The notes under the pieces were generated by a model, which was given only the letters and a program-made list of their open reading frames with translations, had not been told where the DNA came from and did not search any database. 64,000 nucleotides of DNA from Gnetum montanum (lineage: Eukaryota > Plantae > Gnetophyta). Location: assembly GCA_015680685.1 (NCBI GenBank), contig MNCI01001248.1, positions 11,841 to 75,840 on the forward strand, in the 5' to 3' direction. This document shows, piece by piece, positions 1 through 13,450 of this stretch. Every line of letters begins with the position of its first letter. Within the stretch, counting starts at the first letter, position 1. The position numbers were made by a program, and so were the translations under genes.

Positions 1-19
1 TCATTCAGTCATGGGGGTA

Positions 20-833
20 TGATGGGACGTGATATCGTATCGGTGGCGATATCGTGTCTGTGATATCGTGTCGCCCCTACAATATGGCATACACAATATC
101 GTAGCCCGTCTCCTTATCTATAAATAAGAGGTAGCTTTCCCTTATAAGAACATCTAAATCTAAACCCTTAGCTAAACTCTGGCAGTTTTACCTTTCTAGA
201 GATAGAATAATTTCCATGTGCCCGCAATAGGAGTCTAAAAGTGAACGGATCTTTATTTGAGCAAATTGTACCTGAGCACACATTTGTGTACGGCAATAAA
301 GATGAACTTTCTGATAAACCTTGCAGCATATGGACTAAGCTAAATAGGATTTAATTACTGTTAAATGTTAATTTCTTTCTTAGTTAATTAATCTCTCTCA
401 ACCCTTTACTCTCCTAGTTAAGTGCATTCAGTACGACCACTTCGAGCACATGTTTTACGCTTAGTAACCCAGTAACGAATAGCATTTGGTAATCCCAGCA
501 GTGTTACATTGGTTCAGGGTGTGTATGGCAAGTGGGAATAGATACTAATGCTAAGATGATTAGAACTTAGTTAGTGAAATTTAGTCACTTAGTCTCTTCA
601 CCCTCTCCCTATTAGCATAGGCATTAAAAAGATAAAAGACATAAAAATCACATAGCTCAAACTTACTTAACCATACAACCATGATAATTCAAGTAAGTTT
701 GGGAAGACAGTGATTGATTAACCTTAGGTGTTCTATAAGGTGCGTAACCACTTAGTCCTTGGAGTTCAACTGGATCACATGTGAGACACTTGTATTTGTA
801 TGGTTGAGTGTAGGGGTACCTTGCCACTCATCC
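20..833 (+). repeat. 3' LTR of a D-family (Athila-lineage) element extending left of the window
   Basis: Preceded by PPT AGTCATGGGGG(TA) at 7-19. Starts TGATGGGACGTGATATCG and ends ...GGGGTACCTTGCCACTCATC. Colinear with the reverse complement of 26660-27438 and 32836-33616. GATATCG array then CTATAAATA at ~118. Confidence 0.9.
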
Positions 834-872
834 ACAAGATAGTATGAGAATAGCTATGCATCTAAGAAATGA

Positions 873-1648
873 TATTAAGCTTTTCGAGCTAACTTTCAAT
901 TCAAATATGCCTAAAACTTCATTGGAATAGGAACTACAAGTTGATGTGATCCACAATGGCTTATAGCACATATTCCTCTACTAAATACAAGGTGATGCAT
1001 TTTGTAGTTGCCTTTACCATAGAGGAAATTATGATAAACTAGAAGATGTGACTAGATGTGACCTACATCAAGTTGCAATAAATATATTTCTAGGAGATCA
1101 CTTTTATCAATGTGAGATCATGTGACCCATAGCTCATCTAGATCATTTAAATTCTAGACCATTAGAAATTAAATAGATAACTATTGAGGACTTATTTAGG
1201 ATGGCTGCTACTTGTAGTAGCTAGCATTAGTTACTTGTTAAATGCTAAATATGGCTTGGGTGAGGAGTTGTGACCTCATGTGACCCACCATAGGTTGCAA
1301 CAGCTAGTCAGAAGTTACTTCAACTACCAAATAGAAGCTAAAATGATGTGGATTGAAGTAAAATCAAATGGTGGATAACTACATGATCAAGGAAGATCAT
1401 GATATCATTAAACATTGAGATAGATAATTAAGATAGAATATAAAGAATTGAGAATTAAGAATTATTATTCATGAATTAATATTGTAATGTTGCTTTCATT
1501 AATTTAGGTAATAATTTTCTAGTATGTTTCTTAATGTTGTACATCATAAACATTATAATCCTAGCACTTCCATTCCACATAATCCATGGTCTCTCATTTG
1601 ATTAATTTACTATATTCTACAACATAAGAACATAAATTATAAGCAACA
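873..1648 (+). repeat. Element A 5' LTR
   Basis: Aligns by eye to 25622-26310 (e.g. GTTACTTGTTAAATGCTAAATATGGCTTGG in both). Ends TATAAGCAACA. Start is approximate. Confidence 0.75.
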
Positions 1649-2039
1649 TTTTGGTGTCATTACAACCATCATGGATTATGGTGTCATTTTAATTTCTTTT
1701 TATTTCTTGAATGTTTTCTTTTGATCATTTTATGGTTTTATTATGGATACTAATTCACTTATTACTATGTATTTAGCACAACTATTAAAGTTGTAATCCG
1801 CTTTGATAGATATGTAGATATTTTTTATTATTTTAGAATTTTCTTTGATTGATGAAATTGTTGAATTGAAAAATCAATTTTTACCATGATTTTAGTGCTT
1901 TCTTCTTATTTTTCTTTTGAATTAACTTTTATTCTCTATTTTGTAATTTTCTTTTATTTTTATGATTTAGACACATGAGAAAGAGAAGAGATTGGTTAGA
2001 GATACCTTGCCTTTGACATATGTTCTAAAAAGAAGAGTG

Positions 2040-3200
2040 ATGAAAGTTTCCATGTCATCTAAAGAATCTTCTTCTTCTTCTAGAAATTTAATAAAAAATT
2101 AATCATGGTAGGATAGACTCCCAATTTCTAAAATAGAAGTATAATCCTAAACTCTGGCAACTAGGAGTAATAAGATAATGTTGTTGATAGTTTTAACCCT
2201 TGTTAGTCTAACCATAAGTAGGATACATTTCATAGTCCTATTCTAAAATTCTACTCAACCTAATCAAGTTTCTATTACCCTTGGTATGCCTACACAATTT
2301 GGATTTCAAACATAAATATGAAATACTATAAGTCCATCTAGTGCTACTGCTCAAACTCAACCTCTTTTTGTTGGTATTTCAAATTCTCCTTTGTTAATAC
2401 AAATGGCTAATCCTTCATTTCAAACTCAACCTACCATTCAACAAAAAATGCCATGTATTTTCTAAATACTTCTAATAAATCTACTCATTTTTTTCACCAC
2501 CAATAATTTCATCACCAATATCTTCAAATCACACATCAAACATTTTTGAATGTCCTTTCATAAGCTACTTAGAATACATGGCTCAACATATCATCTCAAC
2601 CAATCTCAAATTCACATTAATCTATGCAATCTTTGATTCCTATGAATTATTAAAATAATGCACAATTATATCATCCTATTTCTTAGCCTATAATTCCATT
2701 TAATCCCTATTCATTTTCTATATCACAAATCCCAAGTGTTCAACAAGCAATCCCTAAATGAACTTCATTTATGCAAGTACCACAACAAGCTTTTGAAAAT
2801 GCCCATACTTTTATGAACATTATCTAATAAAGTGAACTAATCTTAAATGTTTAGATCACTTAATTTGTATCCTTATCAATATCACACCCTCTTCCACATC
2901 ATCTTATTTCAATAGGTAATCAACTAAATCATTTTTTGCAATTTTACAATCAAGTTTCTCATCAAGGTACTAAGATGATATGGACTTGATGGGTAAGAAG
3001 ACTACTACTATGCTTTCTTCCTTATTATTACTTCCCAATATAGATATGGAAATTAAGAATTTATGCATGTTTCCTCAATTTTTGAATACTAATGATAAGG
3101 ATCCATATCATCATATTCACACTTTTGAGACTTTGATCATAACATGTGGTAATAATGTTGGTGAATGTACTAAAATAGGTACAATAATGTTGGTAAAATA
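2040..3200 (+). pseudogene. gag: Element A gag remnant
   Basis: Pro/Gln-rich degenerate region, then LPNIDMEIKNLCMFPQFLNTNDKDPYHHIHTFETL, matching the LPxF.G...EDP..HL..F capsid start. Confidence 0.55.
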
Positions 3201-3309
3201 ATGCTAAGTATTTAAAGAAACTTTTTGTATGAAAAAACATAAGAATATCCAAGCATGTTAGTCTTTCTAACATTACCAATCTTTTAAATGTTTGGATGCC
3301 TTAAAGAGC

Positions 3310-3650
3310 AAAGGATCCCAAAAACCCTACTATTACATGTATGATTCTAAATAGGTAGTTTCACCATACTTTAGTTGATTTTGGGGCTAGTGTAAATATT
3401 ATGCCTTATCAAATTTATTAGTCTTTGGGTTATGACCATATTAAACCAACTAATATTGTTATATCCTTGACTGAGATTCTATTATTTACCCAAGAAAGAA
3501 CATTGTGATGGATATCTTGATGAAAGTGGATAATGAATTGTACCCTACTAACTTATTATTTTGGATTATTTTACATATTATTTTAATAATATCCTTTGAC
3601 TTTTAGAAGACCTATGCTTATCACTATGGATGCGATTATTTATATGAAAA
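3310..3650 (+). pseudogene. Element A aspartic protease remnant
   Basis: DPKNPTITCMILNR*FHHTLVDFGASVNIMPY matches the Athila-type DPG..TIPC...ALxDLGASVNxMP motif. Confidence 0.85.
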
Positions 3651-4129
3651 TGAAATTGATGAATTTGATGTTTTCTCATATTAGTTTTTTAGTATAATTT
3701 AGATAATAAATTCTACTTTGATGATTTAAACATGTTGAATATTATTATGGCCAACATGCTCTCTTTAAAACTTTGTGTTTGGGATGAGGCATATTAGGTC
3801 CTTATGATGGAAGAACATACCAATATTACTATGGACCCAAATAGAGAGCTCTTGTGCACACAAGTAGAAGATGCTTTGGCTGGTAATCAAACATCATAAA
3901 TAGAGGTATGTTCTTTTCAAATAAGTGACAAAGATTTGAATTTTAACTTTAAGGAACTTCCTTATCACTTGAAATATCTTTTTGTTTTGTTTTGCTTTTT
4001 TTTTCTTTTTTCTTCTTTTTTTCTTTTTTTCTTTTTTTTTCTTTTTTTTGAGAAGACTAAACTATTGATTATTAGTTTAAACTTACCACTAATGAAGAGC
4101 ATAGATTAGTTCAAGTACTTACTAATTTG

Positions 4130-4871
4130 ATTTTTTTTTCTTGGTCACTATTAGATTTGAAGAAAGGTACTTGTCCCTCCATTATGAAGCATCGTATTTA
4201 CATGGAAGTAGATATTAAACCTAGGCAAAAATCATGTAGAAAGTTGAACCTTTCCATGAAGCAAATAGTTAAAGATGAATTGATTAAATTATTTTACACT
4301 GATATTATTTATCTTATTTTAGATTTTGAATGGGTTAGCTTCATTATAGTGGTACCTACAAAGTTAGGTACATGATGTGTATATATTGATTTTAGGGAAC
4401 TCAATAAATGGATAAGAAAATATCATTTTCACTTCTTATTTGGATCAAGTTCTTGAAAACATTTAAGGGCATGAAGTTTATTGTTATTTTGATTGTTTTA
4501 ATGGTTATAATTAGATATCTATTTGATCATTTGTCTAGATTAGAGGACATGAAAGGTTTTAAAAAGTTTCATCTATTTAATGATTGTTTTATTGATGAAT
4601 ACCTATTTGCATGTTGGACTAGTGCTATTATTTCTAAAGTCCAAGATCTCTATATGTTGAAATTACTAATTATTTAGTAGTACTCAAGATGTCTAAATCA
4701 TGGACCAAGGGACAAAAACTTGTGTTCATCATTAAAGCTCAATGGTCCATATAGGGAGATCCTTTCATGCAAAAAATTTATAAAGATCATATCATTAGAA
4801 GATGCCTTCCAAAGTAAGAGCAAGAATAGGTAATTTCTTTGAATTATGATGGTGTGTGCGGAGCTCATTTT
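4130..4871 (+). pseudogene. pol: Element A truncated RT joined to RNase H end and integrase N-terminus
   Basis: HRIYME...RKLNLSMKQIVKDELIKL...WVSFIIVVPTK...IDFRELN...YCYFDCFNGYN*I runs directly into DHLSRLE. Ends ...YDGVCGAHF at the B insertion. Confidence 0.85.
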
Positions 4872-5692
4872 TGATGAGTAGTGAGGTACCCCTACACTCA
4901 ACCATATGAATCACAAGCGTTCATGCGCAATCTGATCGAATTCTGCAAATGGGACTAGTTGTGGTATCTAGGCCGTTAGGCTTTGATCGTAGTTCACTAT
5001 CTTCCCACTTGAACTAGTGGTAGCTTTGTCATGTATGATTTAGTCCAAAGTGAGGCATATGATGTTGTTCCTAATTCTATGCTACTCCTAAGAATGGTAA
5101 ATAGATAAATTAACTTAAACTAATGGACAATAGAAAGTAAAAATCTAACTAGCCTATGTGCAATGAGTATCTGCACTTAATCATTTGTACACGTCTTGGA
5201 CTTGGTGAGACTACTACTTGGTTTGCCAAGTGTATGTCACTAGTTGTGCCAAATGATACACTTCTTGATTACCAAGTGTCTACACTTAAATGATCGTGAT
5301 TAAGGTGTACGCATTCCACTTAATAATAAGAACAATAAATAGCACTAAATGAAAATATTTAACTAAAGAAAGCAATAAATAATTACTAATTAAAAGCGAC
5401 AATAATCTATGTGGATGATGCAATGATGGGAGCAATCTCAATCTTTATTGTTGAAACATGTCCAAGTACATCACACTCGAAAACAAAGGTGTTATACAAT
5501 TGAAAACATCACACTGTAAGCATGTACTAGGAATAACAAACTTTAAAGAGAAGAAACTGAAAACTAAAACTCTCTCCTACATGCTACTAACTACTACCCA
5601 TGTGAGTGTCCAAGTGTCATATTTATAGGCAAACCTAGATGAGGTGACGTTGGGTATCCAACATCACTTATTGACTCCCTCCAACATCCTCA
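4872..5692 (-). repeat. Element B 3' LTR
   Basis: Direct repeat of 12174-13059. Adjacent TACCCCCATGACT (5693-5705) is the PPT on the minus strand. Confidence 0.9.
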
Positions 5693-5749
5693 TACCCCCA
5701 TGACTAAATGAAAACTAGTCCTCAAGTTAAACAAAATGAGGAGGAATTT

Positions 5750-7574
5750 TCTATAGTGAGCTACTTATTTTCATCTTGGATGATGATTAGTGCCTTTTTA
5801 TGCACATGTGATTGCACATCTGTAGTAGAGGCATTCCAAACTGCTATCTCCTTCTCTTTCTCAGCAACTACTCTATCCTTTACTAACTTGGTGAGCTCCT
5901 CTATCCTACCTTGCTCTAGGTTGTTTGGCACAACAAAAAGGATAGGATCCCATCATTCAGCTCATAGGGCAGCTAGCTCTTCTTGTAATCTCTGTATCTT
6001 GACTTTCACATGCTCTACCCTAACTTCTGTCATGACCAACTTCCTTGTCATGGTAATGAGGTCTAATTGGACTACAGTGACATTACTAGGGATGTCAAAC
6101 AAATTGGTCATTATCTAGCCCATCTACAGCAATCGATCAAGCACATCCTCATGTACCGTAGGAGTCATCAAAGTCCCAGCCAACATTTGTGCATCTTTGG
6201 TTCTAGCTAGGTCTATCAAGGACACAATAGGTACATTTAATGACTCTTTGATGTGATCAATGATCACCTCTATTTCACCTGTCACATCCTCATGTTGTAG
6301 CACCATGGCTACAACACCTTCTCTAATTTCCAATGTGACTTGGAAGGATGTGACATTCCTAGAGATCTGTTGTAACCATTGGGATCCTTCTCCTTTTGAT
6401 TGTATTGAGATCTTCCCCTATGTTAGGTTAGCTAACATGGTGGGCCATACAACGTCATCTATGACTTGGAAGAGATTAGACTCATCCCTACTTTCCAAGC
6501 TGATTATTTTAGTGATCCTCTATAGATGGTTCATCAAAGTCTTATAGATTTGTGGTGGTAGCAATGGAGCTTGTGCTTGAGGATGCTATTCAAGCTTGCA
6601 TTGCATCTCTATCTAGGGCTCTGCCTCCATCTCTACTTCTTGTTCCTCACCAAGATCCTTTCTCGGTGCTATATTTTTTAGGAGTTCTATGAAGGAGATG
6701 TGCTAATCCTTCTTAGGAATATCATTGGTATATCCCAAGATTCTATCATGCTTGCCCAACTTTCTAATTAGCAAGGAAATGGAAGTGTTGGTCCCCCTAA
6801 CTTCATTTCTTCAAACCACTATTGGATTTTAGTGAAGTAGTATTAGGGAAGGTTGGCTACAAATTTACCCATTAAAATGACACCTCTGTTGGCCACGTAA
6901 GTCGAAATTTGATTGATCCCTTTTGTAGGAAATATGTGGTACATTCCAATATTAAAGTAGGTTTTCTCCTTTAGATTCATTTCATTGTATGTCTTGTCCT
7001 CCTTGTTGTACACCTATCTCAGCCATAATTTCTTTATTTTGAGGTTAGATCTAGTTGACAGGTGAGCAACCTTAGCCCCTTCATTAGGTAGGTTGAGAGC
7101 TATAATAATGTCCTTGATTGAATAAGAGATAATCACCCTATAGATGTTAATAGTGATGTATTCATCCTTATTATGTTAGAATTGATAGACTTCATGTAGG
7201 TACCATTCACCATAGTCTGATAGGATGGGCCACAATGGGGATACCTTGAGCTACATCCAAATTGCCTATGGAGCAAACTCCATAAATGGGCTGAAGTTTA
7301 TTTCCATAATGACCAGAGCCAATGTGGACTTTTCCATGGTAGTAGAAAGGTAGTCAAAGGGAAATGTGAGACATTGCCCCTGTTTGGGGGTTGGTAGTTC
7401 TACTACCTCCCCTTGGGTTGATTACCTAGTAGCAGGGGCCTCTTGGTGAATACTGAAGGATTGGGCCTCCTACTCAGCATGTTCCACCTATTTGCCTTAC
7501 TGACTGTAGCCATGATGTGGATGCTTAGTAGCTCTTTGCGAGGATTCACCCTAAGCAACTCTTTTTCGGACCAT
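5750..7574 (-). pseudogene. Element B extra ORF (Athila env-like / Transposase_32-like plus coiled coil), 3'-truncated
   Basis: GATTACAG|ATG acceptor-start at 7574. Translation parallels C's ORF (e.g. VLQHEDVTGEIEVIIDHIKESLNVP...HEDVLDRLL). About 1 kb shorter than C at the 3' end. Confidence 0.75.
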
Positions 7575-7857
7575 CTGTAATCAACCAAAAACCAAGTGTT
7601 ATTAAGGTTAGTTTTGTTATTATCAATCAATTTATACCTTACTCATAATCTTAGTTCATTAAGTTCATAATGCATATGATTACAGGGTTAGGAAAATTTT
7701 CAAAAAAATCCTCAAAAAGTATCAATCTCCTTTTACGACCCTTCACAATAGGTTCCTTTTTCGTTATAGGTGGCTTATAATAATGGTTATGGCCCCATGG
7801 GTTGGAAAAATTAGATTTCTAGCATTAACGTTAGTGATTTTTCATTATAACTCTTAA

Positions 7858-7981
7858 NNNNNNNNNNNNNNNNNNNNNNNNNNNNNNNNNNNNNNNNNNN
7901 NNNNNNNNNNNNNNNNNNNNNNNNNNNNNNNNNNNNNNNNNNNNNNNNNNNNNNNNNNNNNNNNNNNNNNNNNNNNNNNNN
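7858..7981. other. Assembly gap (N run)
   Basis: Run of N. Single N joins also occur at 18962, 20722 and 24490. Confidence 1.
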
Positions 7982-8140
7982 GTTTCAAATAGATTTGAAT
8001 AGCATGGAAATTGGAGTGGTAGAGAGCTAGATATCATGAGTGAAAGATGGATGCACAGATCACTAAGTCGCAAGAGAAAATTTCAACAACTTCCCCTAGT
8101 AGCAAATGAGAAAAATGAAGTTCAAGTTTTGCAGGGGTCA

Positions 8141-8233
8141 TGTATTTATACTTTTTGTTAGACCTAACGTCAGGTAAACAATGTCAAGTACATGACATCG
8201 AGTCAAACCTGACATCAGGTACACGACATTGAG
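8141..8233 (-). promoter_or_regulatory. Element B putative internal promoter: GACGTC-type palindrome array plus TATA
   Basis: Five degenerate units (CCTAACGTCAGG, ACAATGTCAAG, ATGACATCGAG, CCTGACATCAGG, ACGACATTGAG) just upstream of TATAAATA (8143-8150, minus strand). Confidence 0.6.
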
Positions 8234-9599
8234 GTCCAAAAAGTTTTATTTGATGGGGTGACTGAACATGCAAACTAGCACTCTAAGAATTGTTGAAAGA
8301 TTTGAAGGTAAGTTTATCATTCTAAGATAAGTGCAAATCTATTTTGAGGCACCAAAAGTATGATAAGGTGAAGTCGTCGAAATGGAAAATATTAGAATGA
8401 GCAAGAAAGAGGCATTGAAATTGAGGTTGTGGGACAAATTAGTTTCATAATAAAGGAAAAAATAAAATATAATAATTTGAGTACTTGGAAGGTAAAAAAT
8501 GATATGGTTATGTTAAACAAGTACTAGTCACAAAAGCTACACAAGTGGATCCTCACCAAAGTAGGCTCTAGCCTATGATGCCCATGTGTAATCACACCTA
8601 TAATGTCTGTTGGCACTAGAGGGGTTGAATGTAATGTAGACCCATGAAACAAAACATAGATGTTGAAGCCACAAAATTCAGATAATATCCCCATGTTACA
8701 CAAAACCACAAGTTATGATTATCCGGATAACAAAATGAGATGGACAATAGAAGGGATTGCAAAAAGTGGGACATGAGGTGGCTTACCATGGTCACAGTGA
8801 AAACTCATGTGTTATTAATGGTTAAATAACCATGTGTCCTTCTTTACAAGATTCAAACCAAGTTCAAACTACATTGCAGTGACATCACATTGTTTCATCA
8901 CATCGGTAGACAACCATAAGACTATCAGATTCGCAAGGAGTAACATCACTTGGCATTTAGTCTAAGGGAGAAGCTTATTATGGCATACTTATTCGTTGGT
9001 TTTTTTAATGGTTATGAGAAGTTGCCAACCTTCAGGCACGGGTACATGTCTTTCTAGTGGAACTTGCAAAAGCTCATTTAGTGTCATTTTAAGTTGCTCT
9101 TACTTTCATTTCTCATTAGATTTACAAGGATATGGTTATAGCCTTAGCAACATGATAGAACATACAAAAGTGGCCAAAGAGAATCCAAAAATCCCCTTGA
9201 TGTCACACCCTTCACATTCCACCTTGGTTCTGCACTCTTCTATCCTGACACAATGATTATAGATTTATTATTAGGTGGGATGGTGGAAAAGGTTATCATG
9301 ATGACCAAAGCAAGAACCTCTTATTAATCGAAGGACTAGATGGATCTTGTGGCCTCGATGTCCAAATAACCAATCCCTTATGAATTGACAACATAGAAAG
9401 AACTTCACCTCATTAGGCAACATGATCATCTTATTCATAAGCTAGATTACAAAATAAAATGAAAACAACAACTAGAAAAATAGGAAAAACTAGAATAAGA
9501 AATATGAAAAAGACAAAAAATTGTAAAACAAAAAGATGAAAAACACTTAAGAATCCTAAAGATTAGAATGGGGAATAACCACCATGAATAAACATTTGT

Positions 9600-12048
9600 C
9601 ATGACAAGGATTAATAAGTGGATAAATAGGATCCATGCATGTATAAAATGTTGGGAATTGCTCATGCACTAGCCACTGGGTGTTTATTGGTGGTGTGGTG
9701 GTTCAGTAGAAAAATTATTGGTCACACACTTGATTGTTATATGGATGATGGGCCAAGGTATGAGGTTTGTTAATATTATAGATGACAAGCCCACGATTGC
9801 ACCCTTGATCATGACATAGTATGCATGGATTTATTTGTCTCCCTGAATTTGTAGATTCATTGGTTTTGATCTAGGATTGGAGTATAGATGGATGATGACC
9901 CTTGTGTATGGTTGGAGGATGTTGGTTGAGACAAGGAAGGTGGTGCACCAAATTGGCCTTGTGCTGGCTCAATTAATGTGGTAGGTTCATGCATGGTTTC
10001 CTTTGGCTTACAGCCTTTCATCTAGAAGGGATGTTTCTGACATTGTGGTTGGGACCCACTAGTGTCAACATGTCTATGCACAATTGCAGCACAAGTGGCA
10101 AATTTTTGTTGATATTGTGGTGCTAGACCTTCCTGAGTGACTACTGATGATGGCATATGAGGAGTTGGATTATGAGAATATCAAGAGTAGGATAGATCGT
10201 AAGAGGCATAAGTTGGTGATCCTTCAAGGGATGTCATGGGTTGATAGTACTCAGGATAGTGGTAGTGGCAATTTGAAGTAGAGGATGTAGAACTAGTTGG
10301 AGAAATAGGGTGTTGAACATAGTATCCATGTGGTTTCGGTGGGTATGGCTAATTTGGTGATGGCCTCCCCCATGACTGTGGTTACTACTACTACAGTTGA
10401 TGATCGTGTTGAGGCTAGTAGTAGGTCCCTGTAGGATGGTATGATCAGTTGTGGAACTATCTGTAATTACATTATGGAAGAGGAAATTTCCTAGGCATAT
10501 GCTTTTGCAAAAACTTAAATTTAAGACACCTACCCAATACTCTTGTAGATGCAACAATACAGGGCATTGGCCCTTTGGATGGTCATATATTCATAGGTCA
10601 CATCCATCATCTTCATCGATGGTTGAGTCTTTAGCCTTACTTTTGTCATCCACATTTTTTGTTTGCCAAAAAGTTTTCCTAGATGTTTCTTAGTTTGATG
10701 TCCTCTATTTATTATATTCACCTGGTTGGTTTTGCATGATCTTCTCCATGACCATCTCAATGAGAGTTGTGACATTTTCATTTATCCATTTTGACATCCT
10801 ATTAGAATTTGCTTCTAAATCATCAATAGACTCCTTTATCGGTAAGGGTTGTTGTAGAATCACCTTATCGAGAGTAGTTTCATTTTCCTTACCATATATT
10901 TGGACCTCCTTTTATTGAAGAGTTGGGTCCCATTGATATTTCTTAACATTCTCCCATTTGCATATTTCTCCCTCTTCTTTTTCCACAAGCTCAATTAGCG
11001 CTTTGATCTAAATGGCTTGGAGCTCATATAAATGACCTAGGGCATACATCCCAAGCATCTCTCATGTTTCATTATGAAGCCCATCTATAATGTGGAAAAG
11101 TTGCATCTCCTCAAAGAAACCATGGCCTGGGCATCTATTTAGTAAAGCATAATATCTATCCAAGGCCATGTCCAAGGGTTCATGTTGTTCTTATTTCCAC
11201 TCTTGGATTTGTCTCCTCAAATTGGGCACTCTTGCATAGGTTTTGTATTTCTTGTTGAATAGCTCTAGCATTGTAGACCATCATTGGATTGAATTTGGTC
11301 TTAACAATCTATACCACACTATGGCTTTATCAATTAGTGTCCTAGGAAAGAGCTTAAGCTTTTTCCACTGACTTTCAATGTTGTAGAAAGCACAGGCATC
11401 ATGGAAATCTTGTAAATGATGTTGCGGATCTAAATCATAACCTCTTGCAAATTTAGGAATCTTACTCATGTTAAGCTTAGGTAGTTGACTCTTTTTGTGA
11501 TGCCTATGAGATATCTTAACAGCCTCTGTGATCTGCATTAGACTCCTAGTGGCCATCAAGGATTCATCATCATCAAATAAATTGTGAGGGAAATGTCTTT
11601 CTCTATTTGTTTGATCATGATGATGTTTTCATTAACGTTTCCCCTAGGTTCAATTTTAGTTTTTATTCTAAACCTTTAATGGAGCTCTATTCCTATACCT
11701 ATGTTCATCTTCATCAGAACCATACATTAAAGGGAAAGAGGAAGATGAAGAACTAGAAGAATTTCCATTGCTTCCATAGTGTTCTTCAGGGTCCTTTAAT
11801 TTATTATTTCTTGGTTTTGAGGAGGTCTTAGGCCTTGAGGCCTCCCCTAGTCCAGGACCTATGTCATCTTCTCCAAGATTCTATGCCTTAGGTGAATGTA
11901 GTCTTTGAGTGTCATTAGGGTGGTCATGATCATAAAAAACCCCTACATAAGGTTGATCACTCCAATTTTCTTCATTGTATATCTCGTTAGTTCTCCAATG
12001 AATGTGTTTTCTATTCAATGCATTGTCATTTTTGTGTGGAAGAGACAT
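9600..12048 (-). pseudogene. gag: Element B gag
   Basis: Starts MSLPHKNDNAL...HWRTNEIY. Contains KLKLFPRTLIDKAIVWY (retrotransposon gag), a Cys/His knuckle near 10550-10600 and a Pro-rich tail. Contains stops and frameshifts. Confidence 0.85.
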
Positions 12049-12153
12049 TGTTTTTGGTTTATAGTATGGGTGATTTAATATTTTCTAAAAGATATATCAT
12101 TAATACCTTTACAATGATTGTGTATGATATACCTAATCTAGATGACTAGAACC

Positions 12154-12172
12154 ATCCCTGGCAATGGCACCA
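12154..12172 (-). other. Element B primer-binding site (tRNA-Asp type)
   Basis: Minus strand TGGTGCCATTGCCAGGGAT is a CpG-decayed form of TGGCGCCGTTGCCGGGGA, the Athila tRNA-Asp PBS. Confidence 0.8.
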
Positions 12173-12173
12173 A

Positions 12174-13059
12174 TGATGAGTGATGAGACAGCCCTATGCT
12201 TAACCACATGAATCATAAGCGTTCATGCATGATCCAGTCAAATTCCAAAGATGGGACTAGCTATGGTATCTAGATCGTTAGGCTTTAATCATAGTTCATT
12301 GTCTTCCCACTTGGACTAGTGGTAGTGTTGTCACATGTGGTTTAGTCCAAAGTGAGACATATGATGTTGTTCCTAATTCTATGCTACTCCTAATAATGGT
12401 AAAGAGATAAATTAATTTAAACTAATGGAAAATATAAAGTAAAAATCTAACTAGCCTACATGCAATTAATAACTGCACTTAATTTTCTATACACGTCTTG
12501 GACTTGGTGAGACTACTACTCGGTTTGCCAAGTGTATGTTACTAGTTGTGCCAAATGATACACTTCTGGATTACCAAGTGTCTACACTTAAATGCTCATG
12601 ATTAAGATGTATGCATTTCACTTAATAACAAGAATAGTAAATAGCACTAAATGAAAATATTTAACTAAAGAAAGTAGTAAATAATTACTAATTAAAAACA
12701 AAAATAATCTAAGTGGATGCAACAATGATGGGAGCAATCTTGATCTTTATTGCCAATCATGAAATGTGTCCAAGTACGTCACACTCAAAAAAAAAGGTGC
12801 CATATGATTACAAACATCACACTTTGGGCATGCACTAGGAATAACAAACTTTATAGGGAAGAAACTGAAAACTAAAACTGTCTCCTACATGCTACTGACT
12901 ACTCCCCATCTGAGCACCAAATTTTCATATTTATAGGCAAACCTAAATGAGGTAACATTAAGTATCCAACATCACTTATTGGCTCCAATGTTATGTATGC
13001 AACATTGGGGCTTCAGCATCAGATATCTGATGTTGAGGCCTAATAATGGTGTCTCATCA
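12174..13059 (-). repeat. Element B 5' LTR
   Basis: Repeat of 4872-5692. Its U3 holds the inverted repeats TAACATTAAGTATCCAACATCA and CAGCATCAGATATCTGATGTTG upstream of the TATA box. Confidence 0.9.
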
Positions 13060-13064
13060 ATTTT

Positions 13065-13450
13065 GTAGGTAAGAAGACATCCTATAAAATCCTTCATGTT
13101 GGATTCTATTAGCCTAGCTTATTCAATGACACTTATGCCTATTGCAAGAGATGTAAATGATGCAAAATAATGGGAGGACTCACAAGATGTCAAAACATGT
13201 CTTTATCTTTATGGAGCATGAGCTCTTTGATTATTGGGGCATTGATCTCATGTGTCATTTTCCTTCAAGCAATTCATGTAAGTACATCATTTTCTTAATT
13301 GATTATGTTACTAAGTGGATTCTTGCTAAAGAAAGCAGATATGATGATGCTAAGACTATTATTAAGCTCTTATGGGAGGAGTTGATCCCTTGTTTTGGCC
13401 ATCCTTGAATTTTGGTAATTAATCAAGGAATGTATTTTGTTAATAATGTT
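13065..13450 (+). pseudogene. Element A integrase (Zn-finger end and catalytic core, truncated)
   Basis: GKKTSYKILHVGFY*P...C..C...ELFDYWGIDLMCHFPSSNSCKYIIFLIDYVTKW...FGHP*ILVINQG. Confidence 0.88.

Larger units (their letters stand above)
4872..13059 (-). mobile_element. Element B: pol-less Athila-lineage LTR element (gag + extra ORF)
   Basis: LTRs 4872-5692 and 12174-13059, with TGATGAG..CTCATCA outer termini. TSD ATTTT at 4867-4871 and 13060-13064. Removing B restores the host integrase frame CGAHF|VGKKTSYKILHVGFY*P. No protease/RT/RH/IN motifs inside. Confidence 0.92.

Noticed and set aside
3985-4050. Poly-T/CTTTT tract
   Set aside because: Simple-sequence expansion with no supporting retroposon structure.
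5708-6547. Plus-strand ORFs of 136 and 95 aa, and similar short ORFs across the track
   Set aside because: Antisense shadows of TE coding remnants or low-complexity frames with no independent motifs.
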